Below, piece after piece: positions 1-8,904 of a stretch of 64,000 nt of DNA; the first letter of the stretch is position 1, and each line of letters begins with the position of its first letter. A model generated the notes under the pieces. That model was given only the letters and a program-made list of their open reading frames with translations. It made no database searches and was not told the origin of the DNA. The translations under genes and the position numbers were made by a program. Origin of the DNA: Acidimicrobiales bacterium. GTDB lineage: Bacteria > Actinomycetota > Acidimicrobiia > Acidimicrobiales > Aldehydirespiratoraceae. The DNA lies in contig JAKMFW010000015.1 in NCBI GenBank assembly GCA_022425325.1, positions 15,937-79,936 on the forward strand. Reading direction: 5' to 3'.

Positions 1-1
1 G

Positions 2-211
2 CATGTCTTCGGCGCCGACGACGAGCGGGCGCTTGCGGTCGCTCGTCGGATCCGCACCGGCACGATGTCGGTCAACGGCGGCGTCTGGTACTCCGCCGAC
101 GTGCCGTTCGGCGGCTACCGGCAATCTGGCATCGGACGAGAAATGGGTGTCGCCGGCTTCGAGGAGTACCTGGAGACCAAGGCACTCGCCCGACCAGCAA
201 GCGGCGATTGA
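2..211 (+). CDS. aldehyde dehydrogenase family protein, C-terminal fragment (5' end outside window)
   Basis: Frame 2 is open from the window edge: ...SVNGGVWYSADVPFGGYRQSGIGREMGVAGFEEYLETKAL... This is the conserved ALDH C-terminal FGGxxxSGxGRE block. TGA at 209-211. Absent from the ORF track because it has no in-window start. Confidence 0.8.
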   Translation, partial: HVFGADDERALAVARRIRTGTMSVNGGVWYSADVPFGGYRQSGIGREMGVAGFEEYLETKALARPASGD

Positions 212-243
212 GCAGACCACGGGTCACGCGAGAGGGAACAACC

Positions 244-1095
244 ATGACCACATACGGATACGTAGGGCTCGGCATGATGGGTTCGGCGATGTGTGGACAC
301 TTGGCCGGGGCCAACCTTGGTGAGGTCCTGATCCACGACTTGGTCGAACGCCGAGTCGAGCGGGTCGTCGAACTCGGAGCGATCGCAGCCGGCTCCAACC
401 AGGCAGTTGCGGAGGCCGCCGACATCGTGAGTACATGCGTGCCCGCAGCGCAGCACATCGAGGCGGTGATCGATGACCTCGAGCTCGTTGCCAAGCCCGG
501 CCAGGTGTTGCTCATCCACTCGACAGTCCATCCCGCCACGATCCGCGCTGCGCAGGCTCGGATGGCAACGTGGGGTGGGCACGTGTTCGATGCTTGTGTC
601 GCTGGGGGGAACGAGGCCGCTCGCGAAGGCCAACTCGCCATCTTCGCCGGCGGCCTCAGCGACGCTCCGGATGCCGTCCACGAACTGCTCGACGTCTTCG
701 GTTCCAAGGTGATCGACGCCGGGCCGGTCGGCGCCGGCGCAGCGCTGAAGATCGGCGTCAATGTCATGACGTACGCCCAGTTCGCCGCCGCTGCGATCGC
801 CCACGACGGCGTCGCAGCATCGGGCGGCAACCCCCAAGCGCTGCTCGAGGCATGGCGCCATACCGGCATGCTCGGAGCCTTGACCGAGAACTTCTCGGGG
901 ATGCTGGGACTTGCCCCGGCCGAACTCACCGGCGGCTTTCGGGAGATGATCGAGACACAAGTCGGCATCGGCGAAAAGGATCTCGAACTGGCCACCGAAC
1001 TCGGTGACCCTCCCGAGGCGGTCATTGACGTCGTTCGGTCTATACAGCGACTGATGCCTGCCGTCTACCGCACCATCACCATGGAGGAAGCCTGA
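244..1095 (+). CDS. NAD(P)-dependent beta-hydroxyacid dehydrogenase (3-hydroxyisobutyrate/6-phosphogluconate dehydrogenase-like)
   Basis: ORF 208..1095. Start moved to ATG 244 (MTTYGYVGLGMMGSAMCGHL = GxGxMG Rossmann motif), with purine-rich gagaggga upstream. High third-position GC throughout. Confidence 0.8.
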   Translation: MTTYGYVGLGMMGSAMCGHLAGANLGEVLIHDLVERRVERVVELGAIAAGSNQAVAEAADIVSTCVPAAQHIEAVIDDLELVAKPGQVLLIHSTVHPATIRAAQARMATWGGHVFDACVAGGNEAAREGQLAIFAGGLSDAPDAVHELLDVFGSKVIDAGPVGAGAALKIGVNVMTYAQFAAAAIAHDGVAASGGNPQALLEAWRHTGMLGALTENFSGMLGLAPAELTGGFREMIETQVGIGEKDLELATELGDPPEAVIDVVRSIQRLMPAVYRTITMEEA

Positions 1096-1844
1096 TGTCC
1101 CAACGATTCACCGACCGTGTCGCCGTCGTCACCGGAGCCGGGGGCGGCATCGGCGAAGCGTATGCCCGGGCGTTGCACGCCGAGGGGGCCAGCGTCGTCA
1201 TCGCCGAACTCAACAAAGAAGCAGGGGCTGCAGTTGCGGCTGATCTCGGCGAGCGCGCCCTGTTCGTCCATACCGACGTCGGCGATCTCGGCAGCTGCGA
1301 GGCGATGGCCGCCGCCGCGACGGAAGCGTTCGGCGGCATCGATCACCTCGTCAACAATGCGGCGATCTTCGGCGACATGGAGGGAGTCGGCATCACGACG
1401 GCCGACCCGGCGTACGTCGAGACCTTCATGCGAGTCAATGTGCTGGGCGCTACCTACTGCACGCGGGCGGTTGTCCCGTCAATGCGGGAACGAGGTGGTG
1501 GATCGATCGTCAACCAGTCGTCCACGGCGGCGTGGATGTCGCTTTCGGGTTTCTATGGCGTCGCCAAAGCCGCGTTGAACTCGGTGACGGTGTGCCTGGC
1601 CCAGGAACTGGGAAGCCAACACATCCGGGTCAATGCGATCGCTCCCGGCCCGACCGATACACCCGCCATGCAGAAGCAGGTTCCTGCGGAGTTCCACGAC
1701 ATGCTCGTCCAGAGCTTGGCCCTCAAGCGCATGGGAACCCCAGGTGATCATGTCGGCCCGGTGCTCTTCCTTCTGTCGGACGAAGCAGCCTGGATGACCG
1801 GCCACGTCCTCGCAGTCGACGGCGGGCAGATTCCCCGGATCTAA
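1095..1844 (+). CDS. short-chain dehydrogenase/reductase (SDR)
   Basis: 249 aa with TGAGGGIG cofactor motif, NNAA, and YGVAKAAL (YxxxK). The ATG overlaps the upstream TGA (TGATG), suggesting translational coupling. Confidence 0.85.
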   Translation: MSQRFTDRVAVVTGAGGGIGEAYARALHAEGASVVIAELNKEAGAAVAADLGERALFVHTDVGDLGSCEAMAAAATEAFGGIDHLVNNAAIFGDMEGVGITTADPAYVETFMRVNVLGATYCTRAVVPSMRERGGGSIVNQSSTAAWMSLSGFYGVAKAALNSVTVCLAQELGSQHIRVNAIAPGPTDTPAMQKQVPAEFHDMLVQSLALKRMGTPGDHVGPVLFLLSDEAAWMTGHVLAVDGGQIPRI

Positions 1845-1923
1845 GTTTCGGCAGCGTCGCCGAGACCGAGGCGAAAACGACGAAATCCCAGGCCGGCGCA
1901 ACCGACACTGGGACTTCACGGGG

Positions 1924-1996
1924 TGGAGGTGAGGGGAGTTGAACCCCTGGCCTCCTCGATGCGACCGAGGCGCTCTACCAACTGAGCTACACCCCC
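1924..1996 (-). tRNA. tRNA-Ala (anticodon CGC)
   Basis: The reverse complement folds as a cloverleaf: acceptor GGGGGTG/CACCTCC with the G3:U70 alanine identity pair, D arm GCTC-AGTTGGTA-GAGC, anticodon stem CCTCG/CGAGG with loop GTCGCAT, and T arm AGGGG-TTCAACT-CCCCT. CCA is not encoded. Confidence 0.9.
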
Positions 1997-2069
1997 ATTG
2001 GAGACCACAGCGTAGCGGGTGCGAATCCGAACCGACCCCAGGCTGCGGGGCCGTTCGACCGGGTATGGA

Positions 2070-2531
2070 TCAGGCGTTCACCCGGCGGCGACGCTCGGCG
2101 TCCAGCGACGCGACACGCTCGGGATACAGCATCTGCACCTTCATCTCACGCTCGGCGACGAGGTTGCGCCGCTGCACGACGGCGTAGGCGTACGCAACGA
2201 TGGCGAGGTCGATCACCAGGTGGATGAGGAGCGCGACCAGGCCGAACACGAAGGCGGCCAGGAGCGAGAGCGCAGCGAGGGTGCCGAGGAAGGCGGCGAC
2301 CTCGCGGCGACGGCGAGCAGCGGCGCCGGTCGAACGAGGGGCGAGCACCAAGCCGGCAGCGGTGAGCGATCGAGGGCGAGCGGTCGTGCCGCCGAGGGAA
2401 CCCATCCCGTGCGAGAACGACGAGATCGTGTCGGTGCGACCCTGCGACACCTTCCGAGCGTCCTTGAGCCACACGGCCAGGTAGACGGCCCAACCCGCGC
2501 TCAAGACCAGCAACACGATCGACGTTGTCAT
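2070..2531 (-). CDS. hypothetical membrane protein
   Basis: ORF 2070..2549. Start moved to ATG 2531 (MTTSIVLLVLSAGWAVYLAV...). Two hydrophobic helices flank an Arg-rich loop. No family recognised. Confidence 0.6.
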   Translation of the reverse strand: MTTSIVLLVLSAGWAVYLAVWLKDARKVSQGRTDTISSFSHGMGSLGGTTARPRSLTAAGLVLAPRSTGAAARRRREVAAFLGTLAALSLLAAFVFGLVALLIHLVIDLAIVAYAYAVVQRRNLVAEREMKVQMLYPERVASLDAERRRRVNA

Positions 2532-2581
2532 GTCGAACCCTCCAGACAAGCACCAGGGCCGGTGAGACCGGGCACTCGCTC

Positions 2582-2603
2582 GGACCTACCGGTCGGTAGG
2601 TCC
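2582..2603. repeat. perfect 10-2-10 inverted repeat GGACCTACCG-GT-CGGTAGGTCC
   Basis: Read directly from the sequence. Lies about 50 nt upstream of the 2531 start and downstream of the candidate TACAAT promoter. It could be an operator or a 5'-UTR hairpin. Confidence 0.5.
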
Positions 2604-2619
2604 CGTACTCCACTTGACG

Positions 2620-2649
2620 ATTGTATGACGAATCGACACCAAGAGGCAA
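2620..2649 (-). promoter_or_regulatory. candidate sigma-70-type promoter (-35 TTGCCT, 18-nt spacer, -10 TACAAT)
   Basis: Minus-strand reading of the 220-nt intergenic region upstream of the 2531 start. Pattern match only. Confidence 0.35.
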
Positions 2650-2731
2650 TGCAGGCGACACATTTTCAGCCACCGGCTAGCAGCTGCTGCAGGACTGCTG
2701 CGTCACCACACTCGCAGCGTCGAACCGTGTT

Positions 2732-2749
2732 CACCGTCCGTTGACGGTG
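2732..2749 (-). terminator. candidate hairpin terminator after moaC
   Basis: CACCGTC-CGTT-GACGGTG (7-bp stem, 4-nt loop) begins 4 nt past the moaC stop. No U-tract follows. Confidence 0.3.
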
Positions 2750-2752
2750 GGG

Positions 2753-3241
2753 CTATCCGACGGCGTCGGAACGGCGATACGTGCCGGACTTACCGCCGGT
2801 CTTCTCCCAAAGTGCGATGTCGCCGATCACCATCGACTTGTCCATCGACTTGCACATGTCGTAGATCGTTAGCGCCGCGACCGAACACGCCGTCAGCGCT
2901 TCCATCTCCACACCGGTGCGGTCGAAGGTGTCGACCGCAGCCTCGACCTCGATCGAGTCGTGGTTGATCTCAAAGTTGACCGTGACCGCACCCACCATCA
3001 GCGGATGGCACAGCGGGATGAGATCCGACGCCCGCTTGGCGGCCTGGATCCCGGCGACGCGAGCGACAGCAAGCACATCGCCCTTCTTGATCGCCCCCTG
3101 AGTGACGGCCGATGCGGTCTCCGGGGTCATGTGGACCCGACCACGGGCGATTGCCCGACGGTGCGACGGCTCCTTCGGTGTGACGTCGACCATCCGGGCC
3201 CGCCCGAGCGGGTCGAGATGGGTGAAGCCGTGGTCGGTCAT
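2753..3241 (-). CDS. moaC: cyclic pyranopterin monophosphate synthase MoaC
   Basis: ORF 2753..3259. ATG 3241 (MTDHGFTHLD...). Conserved blocks MVDV..K, KGDVLAVARVAGIQAAKRASDLIPLCHPL and EMEALTA..VAALTIYDMCK. Confidence 0.93.
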   Translation of the reverse strand: MTDHGFTHLDPLGRARMVDVTPKEPSHRRAIARGRVHMTPETASAVTQGAIKKGDVLAVARVAGIQAAKRASDLIPLCHPLMVGAVTVNFEINHDSIEVEAAVDTFDRTGVEMEALTACSVAALTIYDMCKSMDKSMVIGDIALWEKTGGKSGTYRRSDAVG

Positions 3242-3242
3242 G

Positions 3243-4226
3243 TCAGCCCCCGATCTCACTCATGCTGCGCCGAGGACGGATGAAGTGCACCTGGTTGATC
3301 TGATGACCAGCCCACTTTGCCGCCACCGAGCGTTCGAGCGCCTCGGCAACAACGTCATCGGATGAACCGTCGCGCAACAGCGCCCGGACGTCGGTCTCAT
3401 CGGTGGCGAACAGACACGAACGGAACTGACCGTCGGCGGTGATCCGCACACGGTCACAGGTGTCGCAGAAGGACTCGCTCACGGTGGCAACGACACCAAT
3501 CTCGCCCGTCCCGTCGGCGTAGCGCCAGCGGGTGGCCGGCGCCGAGGTGCGCTTGATCGGCTCGAGGTCGTAGGCCGACTGCAGCGTCTCGAGGATCTCC
3601 GCCTGGGTGAGCACCAGCGAGTTGTTCCAGATGTGGTCGGCGTCAAGCGGCATGAACTCGATGAAACGGACGATCACGCCCTTCTCACGTCCCCATTCGG
3701 CGAAGTCGAGAACCTCGTCGTCGTTGATGCCTTTCATGACGACGACGTTGACCTTCACCGGGTCGAATCCGGCAGCGAGTGCCGCGTCGACACCTTCGAG
3801 CACGCGATCCAGGTCGTCGCGTCGGGTGAGTTCGAGGAAACGATCTCGCTGTAACGAATCGAGCGAGATGTTGACCCGCCGCAGGCCCGCCTTCTTGAGT
3901 TCCTCGGCAACCAGCGGCAGCGACACCCCGTTGGTGGTCATCGCCAGGTCGACCCCGAGGTCGGCGAGCTTCTCGACGAGGAGTGGGAGACGGGCACGAA
4001 CCAGCGGTTCGCCGCCGGTCAGACGGATGCCGTCGACCCCATAGCGCTCGACCATGATCCGGGCGACTCGCTCGATCTCCTCGAACGTGAGGATCTCGGA
4101 GCGAGGGGTCCACTGCATCCCTTCCTCGGGCATGCAGTACTGACAACGGAAGTTGCAGCGGTCCGTGACCGAGATGCGGAGGTCGCGGTGAACCCGCCCG
4201 AACCCGTCGATCAGCTGCGATCCCAT
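3243..4226 (-). CDS. moaA: GTP 3',8-cyclase MoaA (radical SAM)
   Basis: 327 aa. LRISVTDRCNFRCQYCMP contains the CxxxCxxC radical-SAM motif. C-terminal CDTCDRVRITADG is the second-cluster Cys motif. Ends 1 nt before the moaC start. Confidence 0.93.
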   Translation of the reverse strand: MGSQLIDGFGRVHRDLRISVTDRCNFRCQYCMPEEGMQWTPRSEILTFEEIERVARIMVERYGVDGIRLTGGEPLVRARLPLLVEKLADLGVDLAMTTNGVSLPLVAEELKKAGLRRVNISLDSLQRDRFLELTRRDDLDRVLEGVDAALAAGFDPVKVNVVVMKGINDDEVLDFAEWGREKGVIVRFIEFMPLDADHIWNNSLVLTQAEILETLQSAYDLEPIKRTSAPATRWRYADGTGEIGVVATVSESFCDTCDRVRITADGQFRSCLFATDETDVRALLRDGSSDDVVAEALERSVAAKWAGHQINQVHFIRPRRSMSEIGG

Positions 4227-4235
4227 GTGCGAAGA

Positions 4236-5438
4236 CTACCGGAGGGGCAGGATCCGAACCTCGTCGCCGGGTTCGATCTCGACCCCGTCGGGGGCCAACG
4301 CAAGGGCGTCGGCTCTGGCCATCGCCGTGAGCTGGTGTGAACCCTGGCCACCGGCCCGGCGCACGTGCCAGCGGCCGGTGTCGTCGATTCGGCCCTCGAC
4401 CCGCAGGAAGTGTGTCTTGCCATCGGGGCCGTGGCCGAGGGAGTCCTCACTGATCGCCCGCAGGAGCGGAAGATCGGTGTCGTCGTGCCCGGCCATGAGG
4501 CCGATCGCCGCCCGGGCGAACAACTCGAACGACACCATCGACGACACGGGATTGCCCGGGAGGCCGAACACCGGTGTCGTGCCGATGAGACCGAAGGCGA
4601 ACGGTTTGGCCGGCTTGATGGCGATCTGCATCCAGCGCATATCGCCGATCTCGTCGAGGACGACCTTCACATAGTCGAACGCCCCCATCGAGACACCACC
4701 CGACGAGAGGATCGCATCGCACTCGACCGCACCAGCAGCGAAGGCGTCGCGGATCGTGTCGGGCTGATCGACCGCAATGCCGAGATCGACCGCCTCCCAG
4801 CCGGCCTCGGCGACGAGGGTGAGGAGGGTGCGACGGTTGGAATCGCGGATCTCTCCGGGTCGTAAGGGTCGACCGTCGTCGACCAGTTCGTCACCGGTGG
4901 AGATCACGCCCACCTTCGGTTGCCGAACACACTCGACCTCCTGCACGCCCACACTCGCAAGCACGCCGAGATGACCGGCGGTGAGCACGGTGCCGGCGGC
5001 GAAGAGCAGGTCGCCGGGCTCGACATCCTCACCGGCACGACGCACATGGTTGCCCTCAGAGACGGACAGGTCGATGAGCACCGTGCCGGCCGCCTCGTCG
5101 AGGGTGGTCTTCTCGACCATGACCACGGCGTCGGCACCGTCGGGCATCGGCGCACCCGTCATGATGCGGGCGGCCTGGCCAGGACCGACGTCGCCCTCGA
5201 GTGTCGAACCGGCGGCAACCGTACCGATGACCTCCAGGGTCACAGGCACCGAAGCAACGTCGGCGGCCCGGACGGCGAAACCGTCCATAGCCGTATTCGC
5301 GAACGGGGGAACCTGTTCGGCCGCAACCACATCGGCGGCGAGTACGAGACCGGCGGCATCGGCGAGCGGCACGCGTGCCGACGCAAGACGGGCGACACGA
5401 TCGAGGACGTACTGACGGGCTTCGTCGAGGGGGATCAC
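4236..5438 (-). CDS. moeA: molybdopterin molybdenumtransferase MoeA
   Basis: 400 aa with typical MoeA blocks: PPFANTAMDGFAV, RIMTGAPMPDGADAVV, ISTGDEL, SGGVSMGAFD, PGNPVSS. Confidence 0.9.
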   Translation of the reverse strand: MIPLDEARQYVLDRVARLASARVPLADAAGLVLAADVVAAEQVPPFANTAMDGFAVRAADVASVPVTLEVIGTVAAGSTLEGDVGPGQAARIMTGAPMPDGADAVVMVEKTTLDEAAGTVLIDLSVSEGNHVRRAGEDVEPGDLLFAAGTVLTAGHLGVLASVGVQEVECVRQPKVGVISTGDELVDDGRPLRPGEIRDSNRRTLLTLVAEAGWEAVDLGIAVDQPDTIRDAFAAGAVECDAILSSGGVSMGAFDYVKVVLDEIGDMRWMQIAIKPAKPFAFGLIGTTPVFGLPGNPVSSMVSFELFARAAIGLMAGHDDTDLPLLRAISEDSLGHGPDGKTHFLRVEGRIDDTGRWHVRRAGGQGSHQLTAMARADALALAPDGVEIEPGDEVRILPLR

Positions 5439-5447
5439 CCCGTCAGA

Positions 5448-6326
5448 CTAGAAGCCGTTCGACTCCAGAGCAGCACGCAACATGGCGGCGACGTCGGCGC
5501 CATCATCACCTCGTAGCGAGAGCTCGACATTGGCCCGGAGCCAGTCGGCTTTCTGTCCGGCATCGAAACCTGCGTCGTCGACGACCAGGCCGCGCATCCC
5601 ACGGTCGTCGATCTGCATTGCCATGGCGTCGGTCAACTGGATCTCGCCGCCCCTCCCCGGCACAGTGCGCTGGAGTTTTTCGAAGATGTCGGGCGTAAGG
5701 ACATACCGGCCCGTGATCCGAAGATTCGACGGAGCGGCCTCCCAGGCGGGCTTCTCGACAAGCCGGTCGACCGTGATGACGTCGCCCTGACGCTCGCTGA
5801 AGCCGGCACAGCCGTAGTTGGAGATCTCGGGCCCCTCGACCGGGACCAGTGAGATCACCGACTCACCGGTCTCCTCGGCAACCTCGATCATGCGCGAGAG
5901 GGTCTGGCCCCCGTCGGGGAGCAACTCGTCGGGGAGCAGCACCGCGAACGGCTCATCGCCCACATGGCGGGCGGCCGTGCCGACGGCGTGACCGAGACCG
6001 AGTGGCGCGCCCTGCCGAGTGAAGTGGAACGTCGCCAGATCGGTGATGTGACGCACGGCGCCGAGCATCTCGAGCTTCCCTTTGGCCTCGAGCGCGGCCT
6101 CCAGTTCAGCCATGCGGTCGAAATGATCTTCGAGCGCCTTCTTGTGGGGGCTGGTGATGATCACGATGTCGTCGATGCCGGCTGCGACAGCCTCTTCGAC
6201 AACCCACTGGATCGACGGGCGGTCGACCACCGTGAGCATCTCCTTCGGCATCGCCTTGGTGGCAGGAAGGAAGCGGGTGCCGAGCCCCGCAGCAGGGATC
6301 ACCGCCGTTCGGACACTCGTGGACAT
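5448..6326 (-). CDS. galU: UTP--glucose-1-phosphate uridylyltransferase
   Basis: ORF 5448..6494. Start moved to ATG 6326 (MSTSVRTAVIPAAGLGTRFLPATKAMPKEML, the GalU N-terminal signature). The upstream 56 codons have no family match. Confidence 0.9.
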   Translation of the reverse strand: MSTSVRTAVIPAAGLGTRFLPATKAMPKEMLTVVDRPSIQWVVEEAVAAGIDDIVIITSPHKKALEDHFDRMAELEAALEAKGKLEMLGAVRHITDLATFHFTRQGAPLGLGHAVGTAARHVGDEPFAVLLPDELLPDGGQTLSRMIEVAEETGESVISLVPVEGPEISNYGCAGFSERQGDVITVDRLVEKPAWEAAPSNLRITGRYVLTPDIFEKLQRTVPGRGGEIQLTDAMAMQIDDRGMRGLVVDDAGFDAGQKADWLRANVELSLRGDDGADVAAMLRAALESNGF

Positions 6327-6372
6327 CAGGGGATTCTCCTCACGCATCGCCGGGAGCGCTGCATCCCGACGT

Positions 6373-6948
6373 TCATACCGTTGCTTCGTCCCGAGCCAGG
6401 AGTCGTCGAATGTTCGACTGATGACGAATAACCAGGATCGCAGCGACCCCGGCTCCCACGGCGACCTCCCACCCGGGCCGACCGGCAATCGCACTCACGA
6501 TCGGGAAGGCGATTGCGATCGACAGCGAACCGAGCGCAGCGACGCGGCCCCACTTCACGACCGCAAAGAAAAGCAGGCCACACGCGATGCCGATGAGCGG
6601 CGAGATCAGGAGTCCGCCGCCGCCCGCGGTGGCGACGCCCTTTCCGCCTCGGAGCCGACGGGTCACCGGCCACACATGGCCGGCCACCGCTGCGACCCAG
6701 ACCGCATGCGCCTCGGGCCGACCAGCGACGAGCAGCGCAACACCGACAGGCACCGCCCCCTTTAGCGCGTCGATCACGCCGACGAGCACACCCGCCCGTT
6801 TCCCCGCAGTGCGATACATGTTCGAGGCACCCGGATTGCCCGAGCCCTGGGTCGTCGGATCGTCGGCGCCCACAAGGCGGGCGACGAGCTGCGCGGTCGG
6901 GAAGGTGCCGACGAGATAGCCGGCGATGACGCCGAGAGCCAAAAGCAC
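6373..6948 (-). CDS. plsY: glycerol-3-phosphate acyltransferase PlsY
   Basis: 191 aa, polytopic. Contains GSGNPGASN and the LKGxxP motif characteristic of PlsY. GTG start. Confidence 0.9.
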   Translation of the reverse strand: MLLALGVIAGYLVGTFPTAQLVARLVGADDPTTQGSGNPGASNMYRTAGKRAGVLVGVIDALKGAVPVGVALLVAGRPEAHAVWVAAVAGHVWPVTRRLRGGKGVATAGGGGLLISPLIGIACGLLFFAVVKWGRVAALGSLSIAIAFPIVSAIAGRPGWEVAVGAGVAAILVIRHQSNIRRLLARDEATV

Positions 6949-6998
6949 GGCCCCATCGTACGGTGCCGGCCGGCAGGGGTACCGGTATCCTCCGAAAC

Positions 6999-7343
6999 GT
7001 GCCGACCTACGACTACCGATGTGAGCGCACCGGCGAGATGTTCGAGCAGTGGCAGTCCTTCTCGGAGGACACCCTCACCGTCTGCCCGCAGACACACGCT
7101 GGCGAATCCGAGGTGTGCGGAGCCGAGGTGAAGAAGGTGTTCTCGAAGGTCGGCATCGCGTTCAAGGGCGACGGCTTCTACAAGAACGACCACGGCTCCA
7201 GCGGCAAGGGACCGTCGAGTTCGTCGACCTCCTCGTCAGAGTCGACCGGTTCGTCGTCGAGTTCCGACACCTCGTCGGACTCCTCGAGCGCAAGCTCCTC
7301 GAGCTCCGGCTCCTCGTCGAGTTCCAGCAACTCCAGCGACTGA
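6999..7343 (+). CDS. FmdB-family zinc-ribbon protein (CxxC_CxxC_SSSS type) with long Ser-rich tail
   Basis: ORF 6963..7343. GTG 6999 gives (M)PTYDYRCERTGEMFE...CPQ...CGAEVKKVF, the typical N-terminus, followed by a Ser/Gly/Asp tail of about 50 aa. Confidence 0.8.
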   Translation: MPTYDYRCERTGEMFEQWQSFSEDTLTVCPQTHAGESEVCGAEVKKVFSKVGIAFKGDGFYKNDHGSSGKGPSSSSTSSSESTGSSSSSDTSSDSSSASSSSSGSSSSSSNSSD

Positions 7344-7399
7344 CTCGACACAGCGTCGTCGATCACTTCCCCTCGAGATCCCATCTCCAGGAGTCGAAC

Positions 7400-8032
7400 A
7401 TGCGCGCCCCCGAGCGCCCTCACCCCTCTCCCCTGTCGTCGGCGACCGTCGCGATCGGTGCCGCCCGGCACCTCCTTCGCCGCTACCGGGTCGGCCCCGT
7501 CCTCGTGATCCTCGCCGCCTCGATTCTCGTCATCGGGGCGATGCGCAACGCCGAGACGACAACCGCCAACGCCCTGTCGCGCTGGCAGGCGACGGTCGAG
7601 GTCTGGACCACCACCGGGCCGGTCAGTGCCGGCGAGACGATCGAGCCCGGGACGGTCCGATCGATCCTCGTCCCCGCCGACCTCGTGCCCGACGGTGCCG
7701 TCGCCACCGATCCCCGCGGTTTGCGCACCCGCATCGAACTCGGCATCGGCGAGATCATCGTCGATCGCTGGCTCACCGACACCGGGTCGACGCACGCCGC
7801 ACGCACCCCGGAGGGGTGGCGAACGATCAGCATCGGACGACGAGACGACCTCTTCGCCGTCGGTGACCTCGTCGACCTTCATCACGCCGTCGACGGTCGA
7901 CGGATCGCCGCTGACGCGCTCGTCGTCATGGCATCTGACGCCGACCTCGGGGTGGCCGTACCTGCCGACGTCGTGGGCGACGTGGTCAGAGCATCGGGGC
8001 AGGCTGGCGTTGTTCCGGTGCTCAGCGGCTGA
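7400..8032 (+). CDS. SAF-domain membrane-anchored protein
   Basis: Internal ATG 7400 of ORF 7049..8032. TM helix VGPVLVILAASILVIGAM is followed by a SAF/CpaB-like region (VSAGETIEPGTVRSILVPADLVPDGAV). The 5' part of the ORF overlaps fmdB and was discarded. Confidence 0.6.
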   Translation: MRAPERPHPSPLSSATVAIGAARHLLRRYRVGPVLVILAASILVIGAMRNAETTTANALSRWQATVEVWTTTGPVSAGETIEPGTVRSILVPADLVPDGAVATDPRGLRTRIELGIGEIIVDRWLTDTGSTHAARTPEGWRTISIGRRDDLFAVGDLVDLHHAVDGRRIAADALVVMASDADLGVAVPADVVGDVVRASGQAGVVPVLSG

Positions 8033-8842
8033 TCAACGCCAACCCGTGGCGAGAAGCAGCAAGACCGCGACCCCCACCACGACGCGGTAGACGACGAAGG
8101 GAGCGAAGGTACGCGATCGCACGAGCTTGAGCGTTCCCCACACAGCGACGTAGCCGGTGAGAGCGGAGGCGACCATGCCCCACAGGAAGGGCGGCCAGAA
8201 GTCCGACGGGATCGATGCATCGGCCAGGGCGAACACGCCGGCGCCCGCGATGATCGGCAAGCTCATCAAGAAGACGAGTCGGGCCGCTGCATCCCGCTCG
8301 TAGCCGAGGAATCGGCTGACGGTGAGCGTTGCCCCCGAGCGGCTGACGCCGGGCTGAAGGGCGAGCGCCTGACCGACGCCCATCGCAAGCGCGTCTCGAA
8401 GTCGGAACGCCTCGAGTTCCTTCCTCTCCGGCAAGCGATCGGCCACCAGCAGCAGCAGACCGAACACGATCAACATCGCTGCGATCATCCAGATGCGGTC
8501 GAAGTCGGCGATCTGGTCCTTCAACACGACGCCGGCGATCCCGGCGGGCACGGCGCTGGCGACGAGGAACCAGGCGACCTTGCCGTCGGTGCCGAGTGGT
8601 CGACCGCGAAGCGGGCCGAAACCGGCGGTTACGTACGTGACGACATCGCGCCGCAGGTAGGCGATCGCGCCGACCAGCGTGCCGAGGTGCACTGCGACAT
8701 CGAACGCCGTCTCGAGATCCTCATCGAGTGCGTCCCAGCCGAACAGCCAGCGGGTCAACTCAAGATGCCCGCTCGATGAGATCGGCAGGAATTCCGAAAG
8801 ACCCTGGACGATGCCGAGCACGATCGCGTGGAGGATCTCCAT
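8033..8842 (-). CDS. uppP: undecaprenyl-diphosphate phosphatase (UppP/BacA)
   Basis: 269 aa, polytopic. N-terminal GIVQGLSEFLPISSSGHL and the later PGVSRSGATL motif are diagnostic. Confidence 0.92.
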   Translation of the reverse strand: MEILHAIVLGIVQGLSEFLPISSSGHLELTRWLFGWDALDEDLETAFDVAVHLGTLVGAIAYLRRDVVTYVTAGFGPLRGRPLGTDGKVAWFLVASAVPAGIAGVVLKDQIADFDRIWMIAAMLIVFGLLLLVADRLPERKELEAFRLRDALAMGVGQALALQPGVSRSGATLTVSRFLGYERDAAARLVFLMSLPIIAGAGVFALADASIPSDFWPPFLWGMVASALTGYVAVWGTLKLVRSRTFAPFVVYRVVVGVAVLLLLATGWR

Positions 8843-8864
8843 GATGTCGCTCCCATCGACGGCG

Positions 8865-8883
8865 AAACGCCCGATGTCGGGCG
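8865..8883 (-). terminator. candidate intrinsic terminator of the tldD-tldE-tldE operon
   Basis: On the minus strand, CGCCCGACATCGGGCG forms a 6-7-bp GC stem followed by TTT. It lies about 20 nt after the stop at 8905. Confidence 0.45.
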
Positions 8884-8904
8884 CCTGAAGTCAGCCTGCT
8901 GAGA

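Noticed and set aside
1845-2069. The tRNA-Ala as a possible genomic-island integration site.
   Set aside because: There is no integrase, no direct repeat of the tRNA 3' end, and no compositional shift on either side. The flanking genes are ordinary core-type genes.
2753-6326. An expected Moco riboswitch upstream of the moa genes, or a TPP riboswitch upstream of dxs.
   Set aside because: galU-moeA-moaA-moaC are packed with gaps of 1-9 nt, and dxs overlaps the preceding gene. There is no leader space for either element.
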